From: Promethearchaeota archaeon | Lineage (GTDB): Archaea > Asgardarchaeota > Lokiarchaeia > Sigyniarchaeales > SOKP01 | Assembly (NCBI GenBank): GCA_019894975.1 | Contig: JAGXNO010000007.1 | Coordinates: 30,270-94,269 of the forward strand | Reading direction: 5' to 3' | DNA length: 64,000 nt | Shown here: positions 53,547-61,743 of the stretch, one piece after another | Numbering within the stretch: the stretch's first letter is position 1 | How the letters are laid out: every line of letters begins with the position of its first letter | Program-made: the position numbers and the translations under genes | Notes under the pieces: generated by a model | Database searches by the model: none | Seen by the model: the letters and a program-made list of their open reading frames with translations, nothing else | Told to the model about the DNA's origin: nothing

Positions 53547-54512
53547 ATGTCACAAAATCAAGAATTAGCCCAAAATCTTGCTAAAGAATATGGATATTTA
53601 CCTTATATGATTGAGAGATATTTACAGTTCTTAGGGGTAGATGGAACCATTGATCTACTAAAAGCAAATGAAATCCCCCTAATACCTTCCATTAGGGTTA
53701 ATACTCTTAAGATTAAAACGCCAGATTTAAAAATACGAATGGAACAAAAGGGTTTTGAATTGTCACCAATTGATTGGATTCCTTATGCATATAACGTTAT
53801 CAAGGAGTCCTTTAATCTTGGCTCTACTCATGAATTTCTCCAAGGTTATTATTACATTCAAAATTTAGCATCAATGCTCGCAGCAGTAATTCTTAACCCA
53901 AAACCAGGTGACGTCGTAATCGATATGTGTGCAGCACCAGGAAGCAAAGCAACTCATTTAGCACAATTAATGAAAAATGAAGGGACACTCATTTTAATTG
54001 ATAGGAATAAAGCAAGAATCCCCGCCTTAGAAATTAATTTGCGAAGATTGGGAATTATTAATTCTATTGTTATAAATATGGATGCGGTCAACTTGTCTAA
54101 TTTAAATATCAAGGCAGATAAGATTTTATTAGATGCCCCATGTACAGGAGAAGGCTTAATACGACAAGATCCTAATAGGAAAAAAAGTCGGAAAGCTAGG
54201 GATATTGAAAAAATGGCTTCAATTCAAAAAAAGCTACTCAAAGCAGGATTGAAATCTTTGAAACCAGAAGGTGAACTCCTCTATAGTACATGTTCAATCG
54301 CTCCAGAAGAAAATGAATTAGTCATATATGATGTTTTGGAAGAAAAAAGTAGCTTTAAAATTTCTGAAATTTCAAAAACATACGGTGTGAGTGGATTAAC
54401 AGAAGTGTTTGGAAAGAATCTTAGAGAAGATTTGGGATATTCCCAACGATTATATCCCCATCTTCATGATACGATTGGTTTTTATTTATGCCTACTTGAG
54501 CGAACCAATTAA
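53547..54512 (+). CDS. RsmB/NOP2 family RNA cytosine-C5 methyltransferase
   Basis: RVNTLK, DMCAAPGSK, DAPCTG and YSTCS..EENE. Confidence 0.95.
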   Translation: MSQNQELAQNLAKEYGYLPYMIERYLQFLGVDGTIDLLKANEIPLIPSIRVNTLKIKTPDLKIRMEQKGFELSPIDWIPYAYNVIKESFNLGSTHEFLQGYYYIQNLASMLAAVILNPKPGDVVIDMCAAPGSKATHLAQLMKNEGTLILIDRNKARIPALEINLRRLGIINSIVINMDAVNLSNLNIKADKILLDAPCTGEGLIRQDPNRKKSRKARDIEKMASIQKKLLKAGLKSLKPEGELLYSTCSIAPEENELVIYDVLEEKSSFKISEISKTYGVSGLTEVFGKNLREDLGYSQRLYPHLHDTIGFYLCLLERTN

Positions 54513-54605
54513 TATTGAATTTTCAGATAATTTAGTAAGGATTATCATAAATCTCTATTCTAAATTGGACTTGATTTTAGACATAATTTTTTTAGGATTT
54601 TGTTG

Positions 54606-54631
54606 AAAATTGGTCTTTATACCTTTATAGG
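54606..54631 (+). promoter_or_regulatory. Module promoter copy 1 (GGTC-N8-TATA)
   Basis: AAAATTGGTC-TTTATACC-TTTATAGG, about 40 nt upstream of ORF 54670; same spacing as three other copies. Confidence 0.55.
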
Positions 54632-54669
54632 AGTGGATTGATTATTCTTATTCCGAAGATAGTTTTTAA

Positions 54670-55140
54670 TTGTGTGAAAGAATTTTGGATAAGAGCTCCC
54701 TGATTTACAGTACCTTAGTTAATTTCATTATTGGTAAATTACCTAATTTCATACTTCTTCCAGTTTTAGATATAATATATCATTTTTATAGAATTAAATT
54801 TATTAAAAGGCAGATTAACAAAAGAATCGGTACCTTAGAGTTAATAGAATCAATCGTCCTAACTTATGACAGGATAGCAATCAAGAGAAATGACGCAAAC
54901 TTAAACTTATTAAATTTTCATCGAAATTTTAATAAAAAGGTAAATCGCTCATTATTAAAAGATAATTTACAATTATATTTATTAAGAAACTTGCTTTATA
55001 GAATTCTTAATAAGTGTCTAACTCAAGACAAAATTAGGAAATTAGTAAAAATGGAAATCCTGAAAGCACCGGAGAAGACCTTCTCAGATTTTATAGATCT
55101 TTTTAATGAATTGAGAAGGGAATTAAAGACTATAAACTAA
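54670..55140 (+). CDS. Hypothetical protein
   Basis: 156-aa ORF with a non-ATG start, directly downstream of the promoter motif and upstream of the wHTH gene; no recognisable motifs. Confidence 0.45.
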   Translation: MCERILDKSSLIYSTLVNFIIGKLPNFILLPVLDIIYHFYRIKFIKRQINKRIGTLELIESIVLTYDRIAIKRNDANLNLLNFHRNFNKKVNRSLLKDNLQLYLLRNLLYRILNKCLTQDKIRKLVKMEILKAPEKTFSDFIDLFNELRRELKTIN

Positions 55141-55191
55141 TAAGGTTGTTAAGAGAGTTATAGACACATAGATTGAAGAGATTATTCTGCT

Positions 55192-55932
55192 ATGAAAACT
55201 GAGTTTTTTTTTGAACCAATTGGAGAGGATCATCCAAGTGTTAAAAATGTTTTAGAAATAGCAGAAGAAATCATGAATAAAAACAAGGTATTAAATGTTG
55301 AAAACCTTTATAATATAGCCAAAAAACGATTGAAACTACCCCGAAATGGGCTTTTATCAATAATCCAATTTTTAATTAATAAAAAACTATTGATCGAAGG
55401 TTCGAAGTTTTCTAGAGAATCGGTTCTTTCAAATCACATTCGGAATGGAATTTTAAACTATATTAATAAGCATCCAGGAGTTCATTTTTCGGATTTGAGA
55501 AAAAGGGCTTTACCTGAGGAGATGGGAAGCTCAGGACAATTAGTATGGCATCTAGAAATGCTCCTTAAATTTAATTATATTAATAAGATTAAGGTTGGCA
55601 ATTATACCGTCTTTCTTCCGTACGATATGGATGAGGCCGAAGGAAGAACTATGTTTATGCTAAGAGATCGGATTAATTTCAAAGTAATTGAACTGCTTCT
55701 TAAGGAGAATACTGAAGCAAAATCTGAGATTTATAAAGCAATCAATGAAAAAAGAGAAGATGTCTATTATCGAATTAATAATTTATTAGATCTAAGAATC
55801 ATAATTGAAAATCCTAAATCAGTTAAAGAATTATGCATTAATCCAAATTTCAAGGAAAAAATTAGTGAATTATTCGAAACAACAAAATTATATATTGAGA
55901 AGAATTTATCTAGCAAAGAGGAAGAGGTTTAA
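55192..55932 (+). CDS. Multi-winged-helix transcriptional regulator
   Basis: RNGILNYINKHPGVHFSDL..GQLVWHLEML tandem wHTH pattern and a second VYYRINNL unit. Confidence 0.8.
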   Translation: MKTEFFFEPIGEDHPSVKNVLEIAEEIMNKNKVLNVENLYNIAKKRLKLPRNGLLSIIQFLINKKLLIEGSKFSRESVLSNHIRNGILNYINKHPGVHFSDLRKRALPEEMGSSGQLVWHLEMLLKFNYINKIKVGNYTVFLPYDMDEAEGRTMFMLRDRINFKVIELLLKENTEAKSEIYKAINEKREDVYYRINNLLDLRIIIENPKSVKELCINPNFKEKISELFETTKLYIEKNLSSKEEEV

Positions 55933-55934
55933 GG

Positions 55935-57251
55935 ATGGTATTAAATTGGAATATCGAGGTAATTTTAGATTTTATTTTTTCATTTATAATCTTAATTACT
56001 GCCTTCGTAAGTTTTATAGCCCCTAAGACTAAGAAAATCACATCCTTGTTTTATTTTCGATTAGTATTTTTAGCTTTTAGCGTTTTCTTTGTTTTTGATG
56101 GTTTGTCAATTCTTTTTATAAGCCCTTTCTTTTCTCGAATTAGCGGTATAATTCTGTTACCTCTTACTTTACTCGTTATTATAAGTATAAATTACACTTT
56201 TAGAGAAGATTATTACTCGCTAGGGCTAATAATATTTTGTGGTTTAGGAGTTTTATTAGTCTATGTAGGATTACAACCAGATTCTGTTGGAGTCTCCACA
56301 TATCTTGGTTACCCTAGAATCGATTGGAGAGGTTTGTTTAACATACTGGGAATATTGTTCAGCGGTGTAGTTTCATTTTATTTATTATATTGGGGAACAA
56401 AAACTTATTTAAAAGCTCCATTTTTAATTAAAAAGGATGCAACCATACTATTTTTAGGTATTTTATTTGCGTCAGTACTAGGAATGTTGTTTTATTTTTT
56501 GTATGTCTTTGAACCAGTTTATATTTTATTTTCCAATCTTTCAATAATCATAGGTCTTGTAGTTTTTACGATAGCTATAATAAGAGAGCCAAAACTTTTA
56601 TATATACTTCCTTTCACGGTCTTCAGAATTGTAGTAAAAGATCGTGAAGGTCGTCCTCTGTTTGATCATGATTGGTCTGAATCTAATATTAGTGAAAGGA
56701 TATTCACAGGTTTCTTAAATGCAGTACAACTCATGAGTGAAGAGGTAATGCATATTGGGGGATTATTAGATATTAACTTAGAGGAAGGAATTTTAATTTT
56801 AAAAGAATCTGATAAAACAACAGTTGGATTAGTTGCTTCAAAATCTTCAAAACTATTAAGAGATTCAGTAGTAAGTTTTACAACTGCTTTCGAAAAAAAA
56901 TTCGATCGAGAATTAAAAGCATCTGTCTCTGATATGTCCGCATATGAACCGGCGTATGAACTCATTGAAAAATATTTCTCTAATTTTCCATATAAAATAA
57001 TTAAGAATAAAAAACAACCACTTCTTCTATCAGGTAAATATCTTAGAATTCCCCCAGAGTTAGATAATAAACTTAGAAGTGTGATTACAGATGAGAAAGA
57101 ATATGAAGCTATAAAAGCAGAATTAATAAAATCTCCCCTCTCAATGCCCTCTGATTTCTTTAAATCTTATTCTGAAATGAAAGAAGAATTAGAGCAAATT
57201 TCTGGAAAGGAAACAAAATATTTAGATACAGATTCTAATGAAGATAAGTGA
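55935..57251 (+). CDS. Seven-TM membrane protein with cytoplasmic longin-like domain
   Basis: About seven hydrophobic helices ending at IIREPKLLYILPF, then RIVVKDREGRPLFDHDW..IFTGFLNAVQLMSEEV. Confidence 0.7.
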   Translation: MVLNWNIEVILDFIFSFIILITAFVSFIAPKTKKITSLFYFRLVFLAFSVFFVFDGLSILFISPFFSRISGIILLPLTLLVIISINYTFREDYYSLGLIIFCGLGVLLVYVGLQPDSVGVSTYLGYPRIDWRGLFNILGILFSGVVSFYLLYWGTKTYLKAPFLIKKDATILFLGILFASVLGMLFYFLYVFEPVYILFSNLSIIIGLVVFTIAIIREPKLLYILPFTVFRIVVKDREGRPLFDHDWSESNISERIFTGFLNAVQLMSEEVMHIGGLLDINLEEGILILKESDKTTVGLVASKSSKLLRDSVVSFTTAFEKKFDRELKASVSDMSAYEPAYELIEKYFSNFPYKIIKNKKQPLLLSGKYLRIPPELDNKLRSVITDEKEYEAIKAELIKSPLSMPSDFFKSYSEMKEELEQISGKETKYLDTDSNEDK

Positions 57252-57323
57252 TCTTTATTCAATTATGATGTTTTAAATTAAATCCTCATATTTGAAATCT
57301 TTAGGAAACTGAAAAAAATTGTA

Positions 57324-57540
57324 AAAATTTGGTCCTAATTCATTTAAATATACTGAAGATATAATGAATAATATCATAGTTTTATGATTATTTATTGGGA
57401 GAATTGTGCGAAGTCTAATGTTTTCAAAAAGATAAGTGGGAATTCTAGAAAGGTAGTCAAATTATTTCCCGTTTCTAGGGTTTAATTTGTATCTCACTTT
57501 TTTTGAAGAACAAGTTAATTAATTAGTTTCATTCATATAA
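57324..57540 (+). ncRNA. Non-coding repeat copy A: promoter plus candidate structured RNA
   Basis: Promoter at 57324-57350 followed by nested stems; homologous to 60813-61026 with compensatory changes. Confidence 0.6.
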
Positions 57541-57585
57541 GAAATCCAGAGATTGAGCCCAATTAAGTTTATAATTCAATTTGTT

Positions 57586-57612
57586 AAAATTTGGTCCTAG
57601 TCAATTTATAAA
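57586..57612 (+). promoter_or_regulatory. Module promoter copy 3, upstream of the tail-fibre-like gene
   Basis: AAAATTTGGTC-CTAGTCAA-TTTATAAA, 57 nt upstream of the ATG at 57670. Confidence 0.65.
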
Positions 57613-57669
57613 GACTAAAATGTTAGTAATTTTAAAATCTAATTTAAAAAAATAAAAAGTGATATAACA

Positions 57670-60600
57670 ATGTATAAAAACAAAATGAATAATAAGAAAT
57701 TTCTAAGCATATTGATACTTTGTCTCTTATTCTTTCCCCTTACCTTCTGGATGAATCCTGGATTTATTCGTAAAGACATAAACAATAATCTAAGAACTAG
57801 TCAATATGAATCAGATGGTCTAATTGCATTGTGGTCTGGACCCTTAAATACAATCCCAGCGGGGTGGAAACTGTGTAATGGTACCGATGGCACCATAGAC
57901 ACAACTAATCTTTTTGCTTATAGTACTGATAGTGGAGAAGCACCTGGAGACACAGGTGGTGATACAACACATAGTCATATTTACGAAACGGTACCTAGCC
58001 ACGATCATGGTGTAACTGGTACAACATATACTCCACACAGTCACACCTATCTACGACCACTTACTTACTGGCACATGGGCACGACATTATGGCCATACAA
58101 CGCTTTAGGTACTGGCACCAGCTCTACTGGTGCTGATTCTGCATCGCATAATCATGGTGGGTATACCAGCTATACAGGTCCCACACCACCTCTTTATACG
58201 GCTGAAGAAGAAAATATCCCACCCTATTACGAGATGGCATTTATCGAGAAGGAAGCAGATGATACTGCTATTCCTAGTGACCTGATTGTAATGTGGGGAG
58301 GTGATATAAGTTCTATTCCTGCAGGGTGGGAACTTTGCAATGGATCGAACGGTACACCTGATCTTCGAGATAAATTCATTCGGGGAGCCCCTCCAGGGGA
58401 AGATCCTGGAACGTTAGGTGGAACTATAGCCCATGATCACACATATACCCAAATTCCTCGACATAGACATACTATTGATTCTGGAGGTTCCTCTCATAGC
58501 CATGGAGGAGTTGCAGTGAACTCTCGCGCAGTGGGTGCTCTGATATGGACGGGAGCGACTTATATTAGAGGTTCTGGCTATACTAATTATGGTGGTTATA
58601 CTCACACACATTCTGTACCCACAATTGGGTTAACGACTAGCACAACTGCGAATACAAACAACCAACCCCCCTACTTCAAGGTTGCGTTCATAATGAATAC
58701 AGTAGTAACCGAGAATTTACCGTTGGGAGCTATTAGTATGTGGGGAGATTCAATAGCGAACATACCCTCAGGTTGGAATCAATGCACTGGAACAAGTGGT
58801 ACACCTAACATGCTTGAAAGATTTCCAAAAGGTGTAGCAACTGGAGAACAACCTGGACTTATTGGTGGAAACCCCACTCATCGTCATACCTATACGGCGG
58901 TTCCCCTACATACACACACTATTCCAACTGATCCGATGAATCATCGACACAGCATATATAGAGTAGGCGGTACAGAAACTTCACCCGATGGGTCTTTAGA
59001 CTGTTGGTGGCGTGATGATGGATATACTTCCACAACAGCTTCTAGTAATCCTTCTCATAATCATGACATAAATCCTTTCGGTTCTACACCATGTTATACT
59101 GCGTATGATAATAGTCTTCCCTCATATGTTAAGCTCATTTATATACAAAAGGGTCAATCTACAGGGAATCCAACTCCTGCAAATGGAGCTACAGATATCA
59201 ACTATAACCCTACATTATCTGTGTTTGTAATTGACTTAGAAGGAGATGATTTAACCGTGTCATTTTATGATGCTTCTGATGATAGCCTAATAGGCTCAGA
59301 CATTGTTACAGGTGGGAATGGCACAGCTTCAGAAATCTGGTCGGACCTCTCAAGTGATACGGTCTATTCGTGGTATATAAAAACTGACGATGGGGGACCT
59401 TTAGTTCAATCTGCTACATGGTCATTTACTACAAATTACGAGCCTGATGCCCCCACAAACCCAACTCCTAATGATGGGGCTACAGATATTAATTTCAACC
59501 CTACATTAAGCGTGGACGTATTTGATAACGACGGAGATATTATGAACGTGTCGTTTTATGATGCTTCTGATGATAGCCTAATAGGATGGGAATATATTTT
59601 TGGAGGTAGCGGTACAGCTTCAGCAACCTGGTCGGGACTCACAAATGATACGATCTTTTCATGGTATGCAAAATCCGATGATGGGTTAAGTATAGTTCAA
59701 TCTGCTACATGGTCATTTACTACAAATTACGCGCCCGATGTTCCCATAAATCCAACTCCTAGTGATGGGGCTATTGATGTTAATTACAGCCCTACATTAA
59801 GCGTGGATGTATTTGATAATGATGGAGATGATTTGACTGTGTCATTTTATAATGCTTCTGATGATAGTCTAATTGATTCTGAGCTTGTTATTGGAGGGAA
59901 CGGTACCGCCTATGTATTGTGGTCAGGATTATTGCCGGGAAACATCCATTCATGGTATACTACAGCTTATGATGGGTTAAACATAGGACAATCTGCTACA
60001 TGGTCATTTACTACAAATTACGAGCCTGATGCCCCCACAAACCCAACTCCTAATGATGGGGCTACTGATATTAGTGACGACCCTACCCTAAGCGTGGACG
60101 TATTTGATTTCGACGGAGATATTATGAACGTGTCGTTTTATGATGCTTCTGATGATAGCTTAATTGATTCTGAGCTTATTTTAGGAGGGAGCGGTACCGC
60201 TTCGGTAACCTGGACGGGACTCTCAAGTATTACGCCCTATTCATGGTACGCAATATCCGATGATGGGTTAAGTGCAATTCAATCTGCTACATGGTCATTT
60301 ACTACTGGGGAATGGATAGAAAATCACCTGCCACAAGTGACAAACCCAACTCCTAATAATGGGGCTACTGATATTGGTGACGACCCTACCCTAAGCGTGG
60401 ACGTATTTGATGAAGACGGGGATACCGTAACAGTAACATTTTATAATGCATCCGATAATAGTGAAATAGGCTCAGACATTGTTACAGGCGGGAGTGGAAC
60501 AGCTTCAGTAACCTGGTCGGGAGTAACAAGTGATATGGTCTGTCAATGGTATGTTAGAGCTAATGATGGGAAGGGTGCAACAGAATCTGCAACATGGACA

Positions 60601-60732
60601 TTTTTAACTACTGTTACTAGTACACCTCCTGGTATTCCACTACTCGGTTTAGTTCCATTAGGCTTAATCGTAATCGGAACAACAGGGATACTATCTGTGA
60701 TAACTTATCTGAGACGCAAAAGACTAGAGTGA
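57670..60732 (+). CDS. Cell-surface protein: signal peptide, three phage tail-collar/fibre domains, five Ig/FN3-like repeats and a C-terminal sorting/TM anchor
   Basis: Three copies of I.MW.G....IP.GW..C.G..GTP.L...F..G with HxH motifs and a PPY...FI closing motif; five ~97-aa repeats; PGIP-hydrophobic-RRKR tail. Confidence 0.85.
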   Translation: MYKNKMNNKKFLSILILCLLFFPLTFWMNPGFIRKDINNNLRTSQYESDGLIALWSGPLNTIPAGWKLCNGTDGTIDTTNLFAYSTDSGEAPGDTGGDTTHSHIYETVPSHDHGVTGTTYTPHSHTYLRPLTYWHMGTTLWPYNALGTGTSSTGADSASHNHGGYTSYTGPTPPLYTAEEENIPPYYEMAFIEKEADDTAIPSDLIVMWGGDISSIPAGWELCNGSNGTPDLRDKFIRGAPPGEDPGTLGGTIAHDHTYTQIPRHRHTIDSGGSSHSHGGVAVNSRAVGALIWTGATYIRGSGYTNYGGYTHTHSVPTIGLTTSTTANTNNQPPYFKVAFIMNTVVTENLPLGAISMWGDSIANIPSGWNQCTGTSGTPNMLERFPKGVATGEQPGLIGGNPTHRHTYTAVPLHTHTIPTDPMNHRHSIYRVGGTETSPDGSLDCWWRDDGYTSTTASSNPSHNHDINPFGSTPCYTAYDNSLPSYVKLIYIQKGQSTGNPTPANGATDINYNPTLSVFVIDLEGDDLTVSFYDASDDSLIGSDIVTGGNGTASEIWSDLSSDTVYSWYIKTDDGGPLVQSATWSFTTNYEPDAPTNPTPNDGATDINFNPTLSVDVFDNDGDIMNVSFYDASDDSLIGWEYIFGGSGTASATWSGLTNDTIFSWYAKSDDGLSIVQSATWSFTTNYAPDVPINPTPSDGAIDVNYSPTLSVDVFDNDGDDLTVSFYNASDDSLIDSELVIGGNGTAYVLWSGLLPGNIHSWYTTAYDGLNIGQSATWSFTTNYEPDAPTNPTPNDGATDISDDPTLSVDVFDFDGDIMNVSFYDASDDSLIDSELILGGSGTASVTWTGLSSITPYSWYAISDDGLSAIQSATWSFTTGEWIENHLPQVTNPTPNNGATDIGDDPTLSVDVFDEDGDTVTVTFYNASDNSEIGSDIVTGGSGTASVTWSGVTSDMVCQWYVRANDGKGATESATWTFLTTVTSTPPGIPLLGLVPLGLIVIGTTGILSVITYLRRKRLE
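59167..60612 (+). repeat. Five tandem intragenic repeats of about 291 bp
   Basis: CCAACTCCT anchors at 59170, 59461, 59752, 60043 and 60346 (spacings 291, 291, 291, 303). Confidence 0.92.
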
Positions 60733-60750
60733 AAATATTTTATCTAAATA

Positions 60751-60790
60751 ATTTTTTTTCTTTTTTTTATATTTCTCTTTAAATTTTTTG
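60751..60790 (+). terminator. Oligo-T archaeal terminator
   Basis: ATTTTTTTTCTTTTTTTTATATTTCTCTTT shortly after the stop at 60732. Confidence 0.6.
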
Positions 60791-60812
60791 ATAATATAAA
60801 ATTGAGATGTTT

Positions 60813-61026
60813 AAAATTGGTCCTAATGACTTTAAATATACTGAAGATATAGGGAATTATATAACAATAAATTAATATTTATTGGGAGAATTGAGCGAAA
60901 TCTAATGTTTTCAAAAATTAATGAGGAAATAAAGGAAAAATAGTAGGTATATTTCAATATTTTATTTATTATCTAATCCTCATATTTTTTGAAGAACAAG
61001 CGAATTATCTAGTTCAATTTCTATAA
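60813..61026 (+). ncRNA. Non-coding repeat copy B: promoter plus candidate structured RNA
   Basis: Promoter at 60813-60838 with the same conserved blocks and stems as copy A; no + strand gene follows it. Confidence 0.6.
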
Positions 61027-61084
61027 TTCTTATGTATTTTAACCGTAAAGAGTAACCATAAACAATTTCTATTTTTTTTTTTAC

Positions 61085-61666
61085 TTATTGTATCTTTCTC
61101 AAATAATAACCCATATCTACTAAGTTTAAAGCAATTATTTCTCCGGGGTTAAGACTTGCTAGGTCTTGTTTGTTTATCAACGACTGTGCTATTGCACAGA
61201 TTTCATTCTTCTCATTATTAATTACTAAAAAGTCATTTTTCCTTAAGTGGAAAGGGATATTTATCGCGTTGCCTTTTTTAATATCATTCCCATAAAGAAC
61301 AGATTTTTCCCCATCGATATCAATAACTAGAATATGATCCTGGATTAAGAGTTCCCTATTTAAGAGAAATTCTGCTCCTTCAAGGCTTAAACGAAAACTT
61401 TCCTTATTAAAAAAACCAAAATATAACCCAATGGAGGTAATTTGGATGTCTTTATCAAATTTTTCAATAATTTTTGGATGTTCTGGGGATAATAAAAAAA
61501 TTGAGGGATTTAAACCTCTAGAACTAGTCTTATCAAAAGAAATGTATAATCTCTCTTGATAATTTTTTATGAATATAGCAGAATTTTGACAAATTTTGTC
61601 TAGAGAATTCAATATAATAGATTTTTCGAACTCATTTAGGATTCTGAAGTCATTCCGTTCTGTCAT
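61085..61666 (-). CDS. NIP7-like pre-PUA/PUA ribosome biogenesis protein
   Basis: GLYFG..FRLSLEG, EKSVLYGNDI and NLVDMGYYLR. Confidence 0.85.
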   Translation of the reverse strand: MTERNDFRILNEFEKSIILNSLDKICQNSAIFIKNYQERLYISFDKTSSRGLNPSIFLLSPEHPKIIEKFDKDIQITSIGLYFGFFNKESFRLSLEGAEFLLNRELLIQDHILVIDIDGEKSVLYGNDIKKGNAINIPFHLRKNDFLVINNEKNEICAIAQSLINKQDLASLNPGEIIALNLVDMGYYLRKIQ

Positions 61667-61743
61667 AATTACGTAAAATAAAAAGAATTAAGAGCTTTTA
61701 TTATTATTAATCAATAAAGGTATTAAATAATAGTGTTAAAAAA

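Noticed and set aside
57418-57435. Short ORF MFSK.. inside both repeats
   Set aside because: Lengths differ (5 vs 12 codons) and conservation follows base pairing rather than codons.
57670-60732. Prophage, contractile injection system or DGR target
   Set aside because: No capsid, sheath, baseplate, terminase or reverse transcriptase genes, and no template/variable repeat pair. The protein has a signal peptide and a cell anchor.
57324-61026. Repeats as integron attC sites around a gene cassette
   Set aside because: The hairpin with a bulged G is suggestive, but canonical RYYYAAC/GTTRRRY ends are not conserved in both copies, each copy has its own TATA promoter, and no integrase is present. 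Not called, though not fully excluded.
57324-61026. Repeats as CRISPR, SECIS or C/D-box RNAs
   Set aside because: Only two long copies with no spacer periodicity, no conserved AUGA/GA quartet or nearby in-frame UGA gene, and no properly placed C and D boxes.
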